From a virus (lineage: Duplodnaviria > Heunggongvirae > Uroviricota > Caudoviricetes): a stretch of 45,125 bases of DNA. Below, piece after piece: positions 8,780 through 17,743 of this stretch; the stretch's first letter is position 1; each line of letters begins with the position of its first letter. Made by a program: the position numbers and the translations under genes. Under the pieces are notes generated by a model. That model saw only the letters and a list, made by a program, of their open reading frames with translations. It was not told the origin of the DNA and made no database searches. The DNA is taken from IMG/VR virus record IMGVR_UViG_2703718832_000003; one strand, given 5' to 3'.

Positions 8780-9484
8780 TTACCAGATAGTAGATGTCCA
8801 GAACATGCGACCAATAATCTCTACGCTCTCGATATCCGCTTCTTCATCAGGATACTCTTCACTGTTGAAGCTGCGAATCACGATGCGGGTAGGACTCACA
8901 CGATAAATGGATTTTAGCCTTTTCCATCCGTCCTGGCTTATTGCATAAACCTTGCCATCAACGATCTTTTTGTCGTTCGTGTTGATGGCGACCGTCGTCC
9001 CTTCCGGGATCATGGGCTCCATGCTATTTCCTGATGCCGGGAAGCACAGCACGCTATCTTTCTGGGCTCCCACCTTACGAAGGGTAGACTTCGCAAAACG
9101 AAGTTTGAATCCGTTATAGTCATCTTCCAAGCAGGAACCATCACCACACGCAAGTTCTATGTCTTTCAGATATGGCACTTCGACCTCGTCATCTGGCAGA
9201 TCTGTTTTGCTATCCCAAGCGTCAACTTTACCCCATTCCGATTCTGGTGGGATAGCGGAGTCCTTGCGTCCTTCGTCCTGCATTGAGCCTATGCCCGAAC
9301 TGAGCCATTCCGGACGCACGTTCAATGCATGAGCAAGCTCAACCATCTTACGGCTGCCTGTGGTTTTGCCTGATGTCATTTTCTGAATTGCAGGTTGAGA
9401 TATGCCGACTTTCTCAGCCAGCTGCCCTTGGGATATGCCTGCGGCTCTCATAGCCGCGTTGAGTCGATCTGCGAATGTTTTCAT
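8780..9484 (-). CDS. cI: CI-type prophage repressor (N-terminal HTH plus C-terminal S24 LexA-like autopeptidase)
   Basis: 234-aa ORF; N-terminal HTH (GISQGQLAEKVGISQPAIQKM); C-terminal S24 motif FPASGNSMEPMIPEG with downstream Lys; divergent from cro across an operator region. Confidence 0.9.
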   Translation of the reverse strand: MKTFADRLNAAMRAAGISQGQLAEKVGISQPAIQKMTSGKTTGSRKMVELAHALNVRPEWLSSGIGSMQDEGRKDSAIPPESEWGKVDAWDSKTDLPDDEVEVPYLKDIELACGDGSCLEDDYNGFKLRFAKSTLRKVGAQKDSVLCFPASGNSMEPMIPEGTTVAINTNDKKIVDGKVYAISQDGWKRLKSIYRVSPTRIVIRSFNSEEYPDEEADIESVEIIGRMFWTSTIW

Positions 9485-9495
9485 AGCGCCAATAT

Positions 9496-9558
9496 ATAAC
9501 TCAGGTTATGCAGAGTAAAATAACAAAGCTTATGGACAATGGTCATAACTTAGGTTAT
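9496..9558. promoter_or_regulatory. OR-like operator/promoter region: three ATAAC-N5-TTAT sites (9496-9509, 9520-9533, 9545-9558)
   Basis: Three near-identical 14-bp sites (ATAACTCAGGTTAT, ATAACAAAGCTTAT, ATAACTTAGGTTAT) with centres 24-25 bp apart in the 110-bp cI-cro intergenic region; tripartite architecture as in lambda OR1-3. Confidence 0.55.
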
Positions 9559-9594
9559 CTTTTCATTAATCCAGTAATCGGATAGGTAAAATCC

Positions 9595-9822
9595 ATGAAC
9601 AAAGTTATTCAACGAGCTTTAGAAATCGTTGGCAGCCAGAAGCGACTCGCAGATATTTGCGGCGTTAGCCAGCCAGCGGTTCACAAGTGGCTTAACGGTG
9701 GTTCCGTATCTCCGGAAAAAGTAACAGCCATCGTAAACGCTACTGGTGGCGAGATTAAGGCACACGAAATTCGACCTGATCTTCCCGACCTGTTTCCACA
9801 CCCAGAGAACCATGCCGCTTAA
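9595..9822 (+). CDS. cro: Cro-like HTH regulator
   Basis: 75-aa ORF divergent from cI; HTH segment QKRLADICGVSQPAVHKWLNG. Confidence 0.7.
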   Translation: MNKVIQRALEIVGSQKRLADICGVSQPAVHKWLNGGSVSPEKVTAIVNATGGEIKAHEIRPDLPDLFPHPENHAA

Positions 9823-9851
9823 CGGCGGCCCTAACCACGAAAGGGAAAGCA

Positions 9852-10394
9852 ATGCATTCACTTGCGTATCAACACAATACCGGAATACACCCGGGAGCGA
9901 TGATAAACCGCGCTCAACCTAAGGCGGCGCCAGACCACGAAAAGATCCGCGATGCGGTCCGGGCATGGTCGTCGGCGCTGGACAATCAGGACGTCGTTTC
10001 GGCGCTGATCATCAACGAATACCGGGAGCAGGGCGGGAACGCCATCAGCTTTCCGGAAGACATCAGCCGGGCGCGGCAGAAGCTATTTCGCTTTCTGGAT
10101 AACCGCTTCGACTCTGAGCAGTACCGCGAGAACGTGCGCCAGCTGACGCCCACAATCATGGCCGTTTTGCCGCTGGAGTATCGCCATCGACTTCTTCCAG
10201 AGGACAGTTTTATGTCCCGCTTAGCTCGACTTGAGAAAGAAACGAGCGAGGCGAAAGTGGCCGTTGCGATGAACGCCCCGCGTCACCAGAAGCTCAAGGA
10301 ACTCAGTGAGGGGATTGTAGAGATGTTCCGTGTCGACCCGGATCTGACCGCGCCGCTGATGGCTATGGTCACTTCGATGTTGGGGGTTATGTGA
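9852..10394 (+). CDS. YdaT-like / CII-position regulatory protein (hypothetical)
   Basis: 180-aa ORF immediately after cro, in the position of lambda cII / Rac ydaT; family assignment is from memory of sequence pattern only. Confidence 0.35.
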   Translation: MHSLAYQHNTGIHPGAMINRAQPKAAPDHEKIRDAVRAWSSALDNQDVVSALIINEYREQGGNAISFPEDISRARQKLFRFLDNRFDSEQYRENVRQLTPTIMAVLPLEYRHRLLPEDSFMSRLARLEKETSEAKVAVAMNAPRHQKLKELSEGIVEMFRVDPDLTAPLMAMVTSMLGVM

Positions 10395-10630
10395 TGGGAA
10401 GTTTCAAAAATGGCGAAAGCCAGTCTGCGCGAACAGAACTGGCCTTCAGATGCAAATCGTGTGCACTCATTGCAGGAGGAATAATGGCAAAAAATCCACG
10501 CTATTACCATACCGCTGTACATAAAAACATAACCCGCGACCGCTTCATCCGCTCGGTTAACCCGATTGTGGCAGAGAAGATGCGCGCCATCCTGGAAGAA
10601 CTGAAACGTAAGGAGAGTGGCCGTGGGTAA
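10391..10630 (+). CDS. Hypothetical small protein (possibly only 48 aa from the internal start at 10487)
   Basis: 79-aa track ORF; internal ATG at 10487 has a strong AGGAGGA RBS (MAKNPRYYHTAVHKN...), so the shorter product may be the real one. Confidence 0.3.
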   Translation: MMGSFKNGESQSARTELAFRCKSCALIAGGIMAKNPRYYHTAVHKNITRDRFIRSVNPIVAEKMRAILEELKRKESGRG

Positions 10631-11522
10631 CGTATCCAATTTAGCCGAAGCCAGAGAGGCCAGAAGGCTCCAGAAACCGCGCACGAATGACGGTAAGGGG
10701 TTTGCCTTGCTGCACCGTAAAATTATGGATGTGCCGTTCTACAAGGACGCTGAGGCGGCTCATTTATGGGTTCACCTGCTCCTGCGCGCTAATCATGAAC
10801 AGACACTGGTATCGACTGATGTCGGCGATGTGATCTGCGAGCGCGGAGAGTTCATTACCGGGCGAAACACGCTGGCAATGGAAACGGGTTTGACCGCTGA
10901 TCGCGTTAAATCACTGCTCCGTAAATTCCAGAACCTGGGCATGATCACCACCAAATCGAACAACCGTTTTACTGTTCTAAAAGTGGTCAAATATGACGAA
11001 TATCAGTCAAATTTTTGTCCAGCCGATGTCCAGCCGGTGTCCAGCGCAAACGCAGTTATATCAATGCCTGTGGATGTGGAGTGTCCAGCCGATGTCCAGC
11101 CAGTGTCCACAGATAACAATATATTAAATAACTTACTACCTAACGGTAGTAAGTATGTCGCAAATGACCAGAAACCCGCTGAAGAGAAAAAGTCTCGTTT
11201 GTCATGCGATGAAGTGTGGCAATGCCTGAAAGACGAACTGCCTGAAGCCAGGGGATGGAGATGCCTCACTGATGAGCGACGCAATCTGATCCGCACATTC
11301 TGGGGTAAGGCTAACAAAATTGCCCGCAACCTGGACGGCAAGCCGATGGACATGGACGGTTTCAGAAGTTATCTGCGTTACATCGCTCAGAACTGCCGAT
11401 GGATGCTTGAAGACCGACCAGACCAGAAATACGGGAAGACCTGGCGCCGCATGAAATTCGATAAGTTCCTGACCGAAAAGCTCTACATCGAAGTGCGCGA
11501 GGGGGATCGTGATGACCGCTGA
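10617..11522 (+). CDS. Replication initiation protein (lambda O-like) with embedded origin
   Basis: 301-aa ORF directly upstream of the DnaB-type helicase; contains the iteron array and AT-rich tract within its coding sequence, as lambda O contains ori-lambda. Confidence 0.6.
   Translation: MAVGNVSNLAEAREARRLQKPRTNDGKGFALLHRKIMDVPFYKDAEAAHLWVHLLLRANHEQTLVSTDVGDVICERGEFITGRNTLAMETGLTADRVKSLLRKFQNLGMITTKSNNRFTVLKVVKYDEYQSNFCPADVQPVSSANAVISMPVDVECPADVQPVSTDNNILNNLLPNGSKYVANDQKPAEEKKSRLSCDEVWQCLKDELPEARGWRCLTDERRNLIRTFWGKANKIARNLDGKPMDMDGFRSYLRYIAQNCRWMLEDRPDQKYGKTWRRMKFDKFLTEKLYIEVREGDRDDR
11016..11153. repeat. Phage origin of replication: six TGTCCAGCC iterons plus AT-rich tract and palindrome
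   Basis: Iterons at 11016, 11027, 11038 and 11082, 11093, 11104 (11-bp period); AT-rich ATAACAATATATTAAATAACTTA at 11111-11135; palindrome CTTACTACC-TAA-CGGTAGTAAG at 11132-11153. Confidence 0.55.
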
Positions 11523-12945
11523 TTTCATGGCCGTACCACAAAACCTCGAAGCAGAGCAGAGCGTTATCGGTGGCCTGCTGCTGGATGATGACAACAGCGA
11601 GCGAGTCCAGAAGGTTCTGGCGATGCTCAAGCCTGAGTCGTTTTACAGCCGACCTCACCAGCTGATCTTTGCCGAGATGCGCCAGATGTTCCGCGACAAC
11701 AAGCCAGTCGATGGCCTGACATTGTTCGACGCGCTCGAAGGCAAAGGGCTCGCGGAGCAGGTAGGTGGCTTTGCTTACCTGGCGGAGATCGCCAAGAACA
11801 CTCCCAGCGCTGCAAACATCGTGGCATACGCTGCGTCAGTCCGGGAAGCCGCAATGGAGCGCTACGGTATCAGCCGCCTGACCGAAGCTACTGAGCTGCT
11901 GTATTCCCGCAATGGCATGAGCGCCACGCAGAAGTACGAGGCCATTCAGGGTATTTTCACCCAGCTCGCAGACCATTCAAAAACCGGTAGTCGCCGTGGG
12001 TTGCGGTCGTTCGGCGAGGTTATGGATGACTGGGTGGCAGATCTGGAGAAACGCTTTGACCCTTCAGGCGAACAGCGCGGCATGAGCACCGGCATCCCGT
12101 CACTCGACCGGCTGCTGGCGCCGAAAGGTCTGGTTAAAGGCTCTCTGTTCGTGATTGGCGCAAGGCCAAAGATGGGCAAGACAACCCTGTACGGTCAGAT
12201 GGCGATCAACTGCGCGGTTCGTGAGAAAAAGCCAGCGCTGATGTTCAGCCTCGAAATGCCGGGCGACCAGATCCTCGAAAAACTGGTTGGTCAGAAGTCT
12301 GGAGTTAACCCGAGCATTTTTTACATGCCAGCCACGGATGACGCCGATGGCCAGTACCAGGGCGATTACGACGGCGACTTTAAGAAGGCGATCGCCACCG
12401 CCGGGCGATTGAGTGAAATCGACATGCTGTACATCGACGATACTCCTGGCCTGTCACTGGCGCACATCGTTAGCGAAAGCCGCCGAATCAAGCGCGAGAA
12501 GGGCTGCGTAGGAATGATTCTGGTTGACTACCTGACTCTAATGACCGCCGAAAAAGCCGACCGTAATGACCTGGCCTACGGGATGATCACCAAAGGTCTG
12601 AAGAATCTCGCCAAAGAGCTTGGCTGCGTCGTCGTGCTGCTGACCCAGCTCAACCGCGAACTGGAGAAGCGAGTGAATAAACGCCCGTTGCCGAGCGATT
12701 CCCGCGACACAGGGCAGATTGAGCAGGACTGCGACTACTGGGTTGGTATCCACCGGGAAGGTGCTTTCGATGACAGCGTGCCGCCGGAAGAAACCGAGTT
12801 AATACTGCGACTCAACCGCCACGGCAGTACCGGAACGGTTTATTGCAATCAGAACAACGGGGCAATTTACGACACAGACCAGCAGGCCGCCGCCGCAGAA
12901 CGCCGCGGGCGTGAGCAGCAGCCGAAAAAGAAAGGGGGGTTCTGA
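11509..12945 (+). CDS. DnaB-family replicative helicase
   Basis: 478-aa ORF; Walker A GARPKMGKTTL, Walker B-like ILVDYL, DnaB-like N-terminal domain; stop overlaps the next start. Confidence 0.85.
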   Translation: MMTADFMAVPQNLEAEQSVIGGLLLDDDNSERVQKVLAMLKPESFYSRPHQLIFAEMRQMFRDNKPVDGLTLFDALEGKGLAEQVGGFAYLAEIAKNTPSAANIVAYAASVREAAMERYGISRLTEATELLYSRNGMSATQKYEAIQGIFTQLADHSKTGSRRGLRSFGEVMDDWVADLEKRFDPSGEQRGMSTGIPSLDRLLAPKGLVKGSLFVIGARPKMGKTTLYGQMAINCAVREKKPALMFSLEMPGDQILEKLVGQKSGVNPSIFYMPATDDADGQYQGDYDGDFKKAIATAGRLSEIDMLYIDDTPGLSLAHIVSESRRIKREKGCVGMILVDYLTLMTAEKADRNDLAYGMITKGLKNLAKELGCVVVLLTQLNRELEKRVNKRPLPSDSRDTGQIEQDCDYWVGIHREGAFDDSVPPEETELILRLNRHGSTGTVYCNQNNGAIYDTDQQAAAAERRGREQQPKKKGGF

Positions 12946-13289
12946 TGACCATAACAATTCGTGGGCAGATTCTTGCAGCCCTGCGTAATAACCCGGGCCT
13001 GAACAGTGCTCGTATTGCCAGCATGATCGGCATGACCACCAAAAAGATATCCAGAACGGTGAGCACGCTGCTGGCAGACGGCTTGATCGAGTTCGAAGGC
13101 AAGCACGGACAGCGGCTTTATCGGCTGACCGATTACGGCATGAAATACGCACCAGAAACAATCCCGGCTATGCCGAAGGGAAATTCGAAGCTGGTGCAGC
13201 GTACAGAGGCAAACGTGATCTGCCAGGAGTGCCGCAACAGCGCGGCGATGAAGCGAGTATTGATGGTTTGGGGGAGGGCAGGGGTATGA
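12945..13289 (+). CDS. Hypothetical protein, winged-helix-like
   Basis: 114-aa ORF translationally coupled to the helicase (TGATGA overlap); MarR/wHTH-like pattern. Confidence 0.4.
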   Translation: MTITIRGQILAALRNNPGLNSARIASMIGMTTKKISRTVSTLLADGLIEFEGKHGQRLYRLTDYGMKYAPETIPAMPKGNSKLVQRTEANVICQECRNSAAMKRVLMVWGRAGV

Positions 13290-13741
13290 AATTATTTGAG
13301 ATGGAAGGTTTTCTGCGTGGCAAGTGCATTCCACGAGATTTAAAGGTTAACGAAACAAACGCTGAATATCTTGTCCGTAAGTTCGGTGAACTTGAATCAA
13401 AACTAGAAACGGCGTTGCGGGAGTGTCGTTCTGCTGGAATCACGATTGATAACCTTGAGGCCAAGTGCGCGGCGCTGGCTGCGGAGAATGCGGGGCTGAA
13501 GGCTGTGGAGTCTAACCTGGTGAGAAACATAATTAACGACCTTGGCGATACGGAATTCCAATACGAAAAAGTCAAAACCCCAGCCACCGATGCTTTTCTG
13601 GCTGAAGTGCGGGCGCAGGGTGTGGATTCAGCGATTAACACAGTCATTGCGATGATGAACCATCAGCATCCTGTCACATCGAAGGCAATCGACATAATGC
13701 GCGTCCATGCCTACCAAATTCGCAAAGGAGTGCAGTCATGA
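13286..13741 (+). CDS. Hypothetical coiled-coil protein
   Basis: ATG at 13286 with G-rich RBS, in frame with track ORF 13229-13741; stop overlaps the next start. Confidence 0.4.
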   Translation: MKLFEMEGFLRGKCIPRDLKVNETNAEYLVRKFGELESKLETALRECRSAGITIDNLEAKCAALAAENAGLKAVESNLVRNIINDLGDTEFQYEKVKTPATDAFLAEVRAQGVDSAINTVIAMMNHQHPVTSKAIDIMRVHAYQIRKGVQS

Positions 13742-14010
13742 GAAAATCATACATCGTTATTCAGCAGTACTGGTGGTGCAACGAGAAAGGCCATGGAGTT
13801 GAATACACGACAGACGGCGTTGACTTCGATAAGCGCGATAAGGCAATCAAGCATGGTCTGAAAACACAAGGTAGTGATGATTTCAACATCGGCGTTATCG
13901 AAGGCGGTAAGCTTGTTTCCTTCGACTGGATGAATGAGCCAGTGGGTGAAAGTGCAGAGACACTTGCTGAAATTGCAGAAGCCATCGGTTACGAAGGAAC
14001 CGCCCAATGA
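13738..14010 (+). CDS. Hypothetical protein
   Basis: 90-aa ORF with ATGA start/stop overlaps on both sides. Confidence 0.4.
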   Translation: MRKSYIVIQQYWWCNEKGHGVEYTTDGVDFDKRDKAIKHGLKTQGSDDFNIGVIEGGKLVSFDWMNEPVGESAETLAEIAEAIGYEGTAQ

Positions 14011-14612
14011 GCAACATCGACAAACAGGCGCTGCGTGAAATCGCAGCGGCAGCAGTTGGCGCACATGAGCGCCTTAGTGTTATGCCGCCTGATGACATTT
14101 TCGATATCTCACTGGCAGAAGGAACTCAGCTTGATGCAGATATCACTGCCTTGAACGCGCTGAACTCCGCAGCAAACCCCACTACCGTCTTGGCGCTGCT
14201 GGATGAGCTGGAGAAGATGCAGGCGCAATCGTCAAAATGGTGCGAAGCCTTCCATAAAGCCGTTTCCGTTGGCGCTCGGTATGAGGAGCGGATTGCTGAA
14301 CTGGAAGCGCGTGCATTCAATCCTGCAATTCTGGATGTGATAGCAGAGCGCCAGCGGCAACAATCGGTTGAGGGGTGGATGCCAGAGCATGATGACGAAC
14401 ACTGCAACGGGGAACTGGCAATGGCGGCGGTTTGTTACATAAACGAAACAGGAACTGTTAACCGCAATGGTGGCAAGCCGTGGGGGTGGCCTTGGGATGC
14501 TTCATGGTGGAAGCCAAATGCCCGCCGTCGCAACCTGGTAAAAGCAGGGGCTTTAATTCTGGCTGAAATCGAACGCATAGACCGCGCCGCTGGCATCGGT
14601 AAGGGGGAGTGA
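14007..14612 (+). CDS. Hypothetical protein (Ea22-like N-terminus / DUF550-like C-terminus, tentative)
   Basis: 201-aa ORF; C-terminal segment ...GKPWGWPWDASWWKPNARRRNLVKAGALILAEIERIDR resembles a phage domain of unknown function, from memory only. Confidence 0.35.
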   Translation: MSNIDKQALREIAAAAVGAHERLSVMPPDDIFDISLAEGTQLDADITALNALNSAANPTTVLALLDELEKMQAQSSKWCEAFHKAVSVGARYEERIAELEARAFNPAILDVIAERQRQQSVEGWMPEHDDEHCNGELAMAAVCYINETGTVNRNGGKPWGWPWDASWWKPNARRRNLVKAGALILAEIERIDRAAGIGKGE

Positions 14613-15043
14613 TGCTTCAACATCAAATGCAGCCAACATTTAACACCTGCATGGCTACCTGCGTTGCAATGGTTGCCGGTCAACCTGTCGATGAGGTAGT
14701 GGAACGCTGGCATCAGAAATTCCACGACAAAACAGACTGGCTCGACGACGCGCTGGATTATTACAAAATCCCGTATTTTTACGGAAGCCAGCGCAAGGCC
14801 GAATTGCTTTACGGGTTTATTTACTTCCTGACCGTTCCGTCACTGAACATCAAAGGCGGCCTGCATCAGATTCTGATGTCGTTAACGGCAGAACGCGGCA
14901 TAGAAGTATTTGACCCGGCAATGGGTCGGCCAGGATCAAAATATTACGTTTGGGGTGAAGCGCAGAACGATGATCAATTCGGCGTTATCTCCTGGTGCGT
15001 CGATTTATCGGTTCCGGTAGTGCAACAGAAAGGTGAGGACTAA
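14609..15043 (+). CDS. Hypothetical protein, possibly papain/C39-like cysteine peptidase fold
   Basis: 144-aa ORF; N-terminal Q...C motif (QPTFNTCMATCVAMVAG) reminiscent of a C39-like active site; very tentative. Confidence 0.35.
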   Translation: MMLQHQMQPTFNTCMATCVAMVAGQPVDEVVERWHQKFHDKTDWLDDALDYYKIPYFYGSQRKAELLYGFIYFLTVPSLNIKGGLHQILMSLTAERGIEVFDPAMGRPGSKYYVWGEAQNDDQFGVISWCVDLSVPVVQQKGED

Positions 15044-15046
15044 CCC

Positions 15047-15840
15047 ATGAGCACTATTACCAAAGAACGTATTGAATTGTTCATTAAAAATCCGCTTGAA
15101 AACGTGCTTACCCGTGGTGAACAAATGGAACTGGCACGGATTGCGCTGGCATCGCTCGAAGCGGAGCCGGTGGCGTGGTTGCTGTCAGGAGGCGGGGAAA
15201 AAAACAACGTCAGCTTCGATAGTGGCAATGCTTATGCCGACCCGCTGCGAGAAGTAACGCCGCTTTACGCCTCCCCGCCAGCGCCGGTATCTGTGCCTGA
15301 TTTGAAACCAGTTGGCTTTTTATTCGTGTCCGATGATGGCTCAGTTGCTTATTCTCCTGCTGGCTGGCCCATGAAAGGATTTAATCTAATCGGTCCGATT
15401 TACGGTGATGTGAACGCCTGCCGCGCCGCCATGCTTCAGTCCGATGGTACCCTCACCAATGAAGGTACCATGCAGTTGTCCGGTAATTCCGAACAAATCG
15501 AACCCGTAAGTAATCGTGATGAGTTGCCGTTGGACTATCTGCAAGGTCACAAAGACGGCCTTGAATGGGCGGCGCAACTGGCAGAGGCCAATCATCCGCA
15601 AACAGGTGACTGGTTATACGACGACCCAATCGATCTTGCCAGGGCGATTCGCAAAGGTCCGGATATGCCTACTGTTCAGGCTGGCAACTCTCCGGTAACT
15701 CCGGATGGTTGGATTCCGGTAAGCAAAAGGATGCCGGAGCCTTATGAATACGTTCTTGTAACTGATGGTTTTGATGGCTGTGAGGTTATGCGTGTTAATA
15801 CAGATGGCTACTGGGGGCCGACAAAGAGTTTATATCCAGG
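15047..15840 (+). CDS. Hypothetical protein, 3' end lost in the N-run
   Basis: ORF starts at 15047 and runs into the N-run at 15841; true length and C-terminus unknown. Confidence 0.4.
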
Positions 15841-16051
15841 TNNNNNNNNNNNNNNNNNNNNNNNNNNNNNNNNNNNNNNNNNNNNNNNNNNNNNNNNNNN
15901 NNNNNNNNNNNNNNNNNNNNNNNNNNNNNNNNNNNNNNNNNNNNNNNNNNNNNNNNNNNNNNNNNNNNNNNNNNNNNNNNNNNNNNNNNNNNNNNNNNNN
16001 NNNNNNNNNNNNNNNNNNNNNNNNNNNNNNNNNNNNNNNNNNNNNNNNNNN
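15841..16051. other. Run of 211 N (assembly gap or masked sequence)
   Basis: Continuous n characters in the sequence; not biological. Confidence 0.95.
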
Positions 16052-16360
16052 ACGTTACAGAAATACCAGCCTTCCCTGAAGTACTAATTGCAAATGTATT
16101 TTGTGAATCATCCCGGCGGGTAGAGATTTATAAACCAGCATCAAGACACCAATGGCCTCTTCGAAAGCCTTTCTCTTATGTTGATTTTCCATAATCAACC
16201 AGCCATAATTTAACCGTCGTCGGAGTTGAACGCCCGACGGTGACTTCTGCGCATTTAAGGGGACTTAAATGCGACCACAATCTGAACTCCTCACCTTGTC
16301 ACAGATGCAGAAATGCACCTGCGATTTTCTGTATTCTGCGTTACCTCTCGGAGGTGGCGT

Positions 16361-16798
16361 ATGAAACAGCCTGTTTTCTACCTCCGCGACGAACGCGTTC
16401 GCGATAACCTCATCGACTACATCAGGAAGCTGCCTGTTAACGACGCTCTGCCGCTCGTGGTGAAGTTTTCTGAGGCTGACCGCACTCTCGCCCAAAACGA
16501 CCTCTTCCACGCTCTCTGTGGCGATACAGCGAAGCAATTGCAATGGGCTGGCAAGTCGCGCGACCTCGCTTCATGGAAAGTCCTGTATGTCTCAGGCCAT
16601 GCCATTGCCACCGGTAAGCCTGGTGAAGTGGTGCCGGGTCTGGAAGGGGAGTTCTGCGCCATCCGGGAAAGCACTGCGAAGATGGGCATCCGTCGCATGA
16701 CCAGTCTCATCGAATACAGCCAGGCATTTGCTGTGCAAAACGGCGTGCAACTCCGTGAAGTTCGCTACTCAGGTGATTACTTCGGGAGGGTTGCGTAA
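16361..16798 (+). CDS. ninB: NinB (Orf-family recombination mediator)
   Basis: ATG at 16361 with GGAGGTGG RBS, in frame with track ORF 16313-16798; sequence MKQPVFYLRDERVRDN...LAQNDLFHALCGD parallels lambda NinB. Confidence 0.75.
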   Translation: MKQPVFYLRDERVRDNLIDYIRKLPVNDALPLVVKFSEADRTLAQNDLFHALCGDTAKQLQWAGKSRDLASWKVLYVSGHAIATGKPGEVVPGLEGEFCAIRESTAKMGIRRMTSLIEYSQAFAVQNGVQLREVRYSGDYFGRVA

Positions 16799-16968
16799 TG
16801 GCTAGCCCTCTCGCTCGCATCATCACCAACGAAATCTACCGGGTCCGGACACGCACTAAGCGCAAGCCTGAACTCAAGCCATCCGAAATCCCATCACTGC
16901 TCGGCTACACCGCGCGACTGACCCAGGTGAAATGGGATCGCCTGAAAGCGCGGAGGTCACATGGCTAA
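16798..16968 (+). CDS. NinE-like small basic protein (56 aa)
   Basis: Not in the track (under 60 aa). Starts at the TAATG overlap with the ninB stop; basic segment ...RTKRKPELKPSEIP...WDRLKARR resembles lambda NinE from memory. Confidence 0.4.
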   Translation: MASPLARIITNEIYRVRTRTKRKPELKPSEIPSLLGYTARLTQVKWDRLKARRSHG

Positions 16969-17251
16969 TTTATGCAAAGCGGCACGCGGCCGCGATTGTC
17001 AGGTGCGGATCCCCGGCGTATGCAACGGCAATCCTGAAACCTCAGTACTGGCTCACATACGTCTTGCTGGTCTATGCGGGACCGGAATAAAGCCGCCTGA
17101 CCTGATCGCCACCATCGCATGCAGCAGTTGCCACGACGAGATTGATCGCCGCACCCGTCTGGTCGATGCGGAATTTGCAAAGGAGTGCGCGCTGGAAGGC
17201 ATGGCTCGCACGCAGGTCATCTGGCTTAAAGAGGGGCTCGTGAAAGCATGA
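16961..17251 (+). CDS. Cys-rich nin-region protein (DUF1364-like, tentative)
   Basis: 96-aa ORF with [11 protein letters not shown]...CSSCHDEID cysteine pattern, between ninE-like and rusA. Confidence 0.4.
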   Translation: MANLCKAARGRDCQVRIPGVCNGNPETSVLAHIRLAGLCGTGIKPPDLIATIACSSCHDEIDRRTRLVDAEFAKECALEGMARTQVIWLKEGLVKA

Positions 17252-17610
17252 ATGAATACCGCATTAGCCTCCCGTGGCCGCCGAGCAACAACCGCTACTA
17301 CCGGCATAACCGCGGGCGCACGCACATCAGCACAGAGGGGCAGGCGTACCGCGACAGTGTCGCCAGAATCATCAAAGACTCAATGCTGGATATCGGCCTG
17401 GCTACACCCGTGAAAATCCGCATTGAGTGCCACATGCCGGATCGCCGTCGCCGTGACCTGGATAATCTGCAAAAGGCCGCTTTTGACGCACTCACCAAAG
17501 CAGGTTTCTGGCTGGACGATGCTCAGGTCGTTGATTATCGCGTTGTGAAGATGCCCGTTACCAAAGGTGGAAAGCTGGAACTGACAATCACCGGGCTGGA
17601 GGCCGTATGA
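17248..17610 (+). CDS. rusA: RusA Holliday junction resolvase
   Basis: 120-aa ORF with typical RusA N-terminus ([15 protein letters not shown]) and acidic catalytic residues (DLDN..., LDDAQV). Confidence 0.85.
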   Translation: MNEYRISLPWPPSNNRYYRHNRGRTHISTEGQAYRDSVARIIKDSMLDIGLATPVKIRIECHMPDRRRRDLDNLQKAAFDALTKAGFWLDDAQVVDYRVVKMPVTKGGKLELTITGLEAV

Positions 17611-17743
17611 CATTTGAATCCTGTTTTTCCGATCACCTCCGCGTTCGCTGGCAGCGGCTTCGCTTATACCACTTTCCCGGCTCTGTGCTAACGGACTACC
17701 GGATACTGAAGAATTACGTGAAAACTTATGCTGGAGAAGCGCT

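Noticed and set aside
11003-11658. Minus-strand ORFs of 98-142 aa overlapping the O-like and helicase genes
   Set aside because: Antisense to well-supported replication genes, with no RBS and repetitive Ser/Leu-rich translations.
15765-16079. Plus-strand 104-aa ORF consisting mostly of X residues
   Set aside because: Artefact of translating the N-run; not a real ORF.
16221-16250. Hairpin CGTCGG-N10-CCGACG upstream of ninB
   Set aside because: No T-run and no partner repeat; a 6-bp stem alone is within chance expectation, so it is not called as a terminator or operator.
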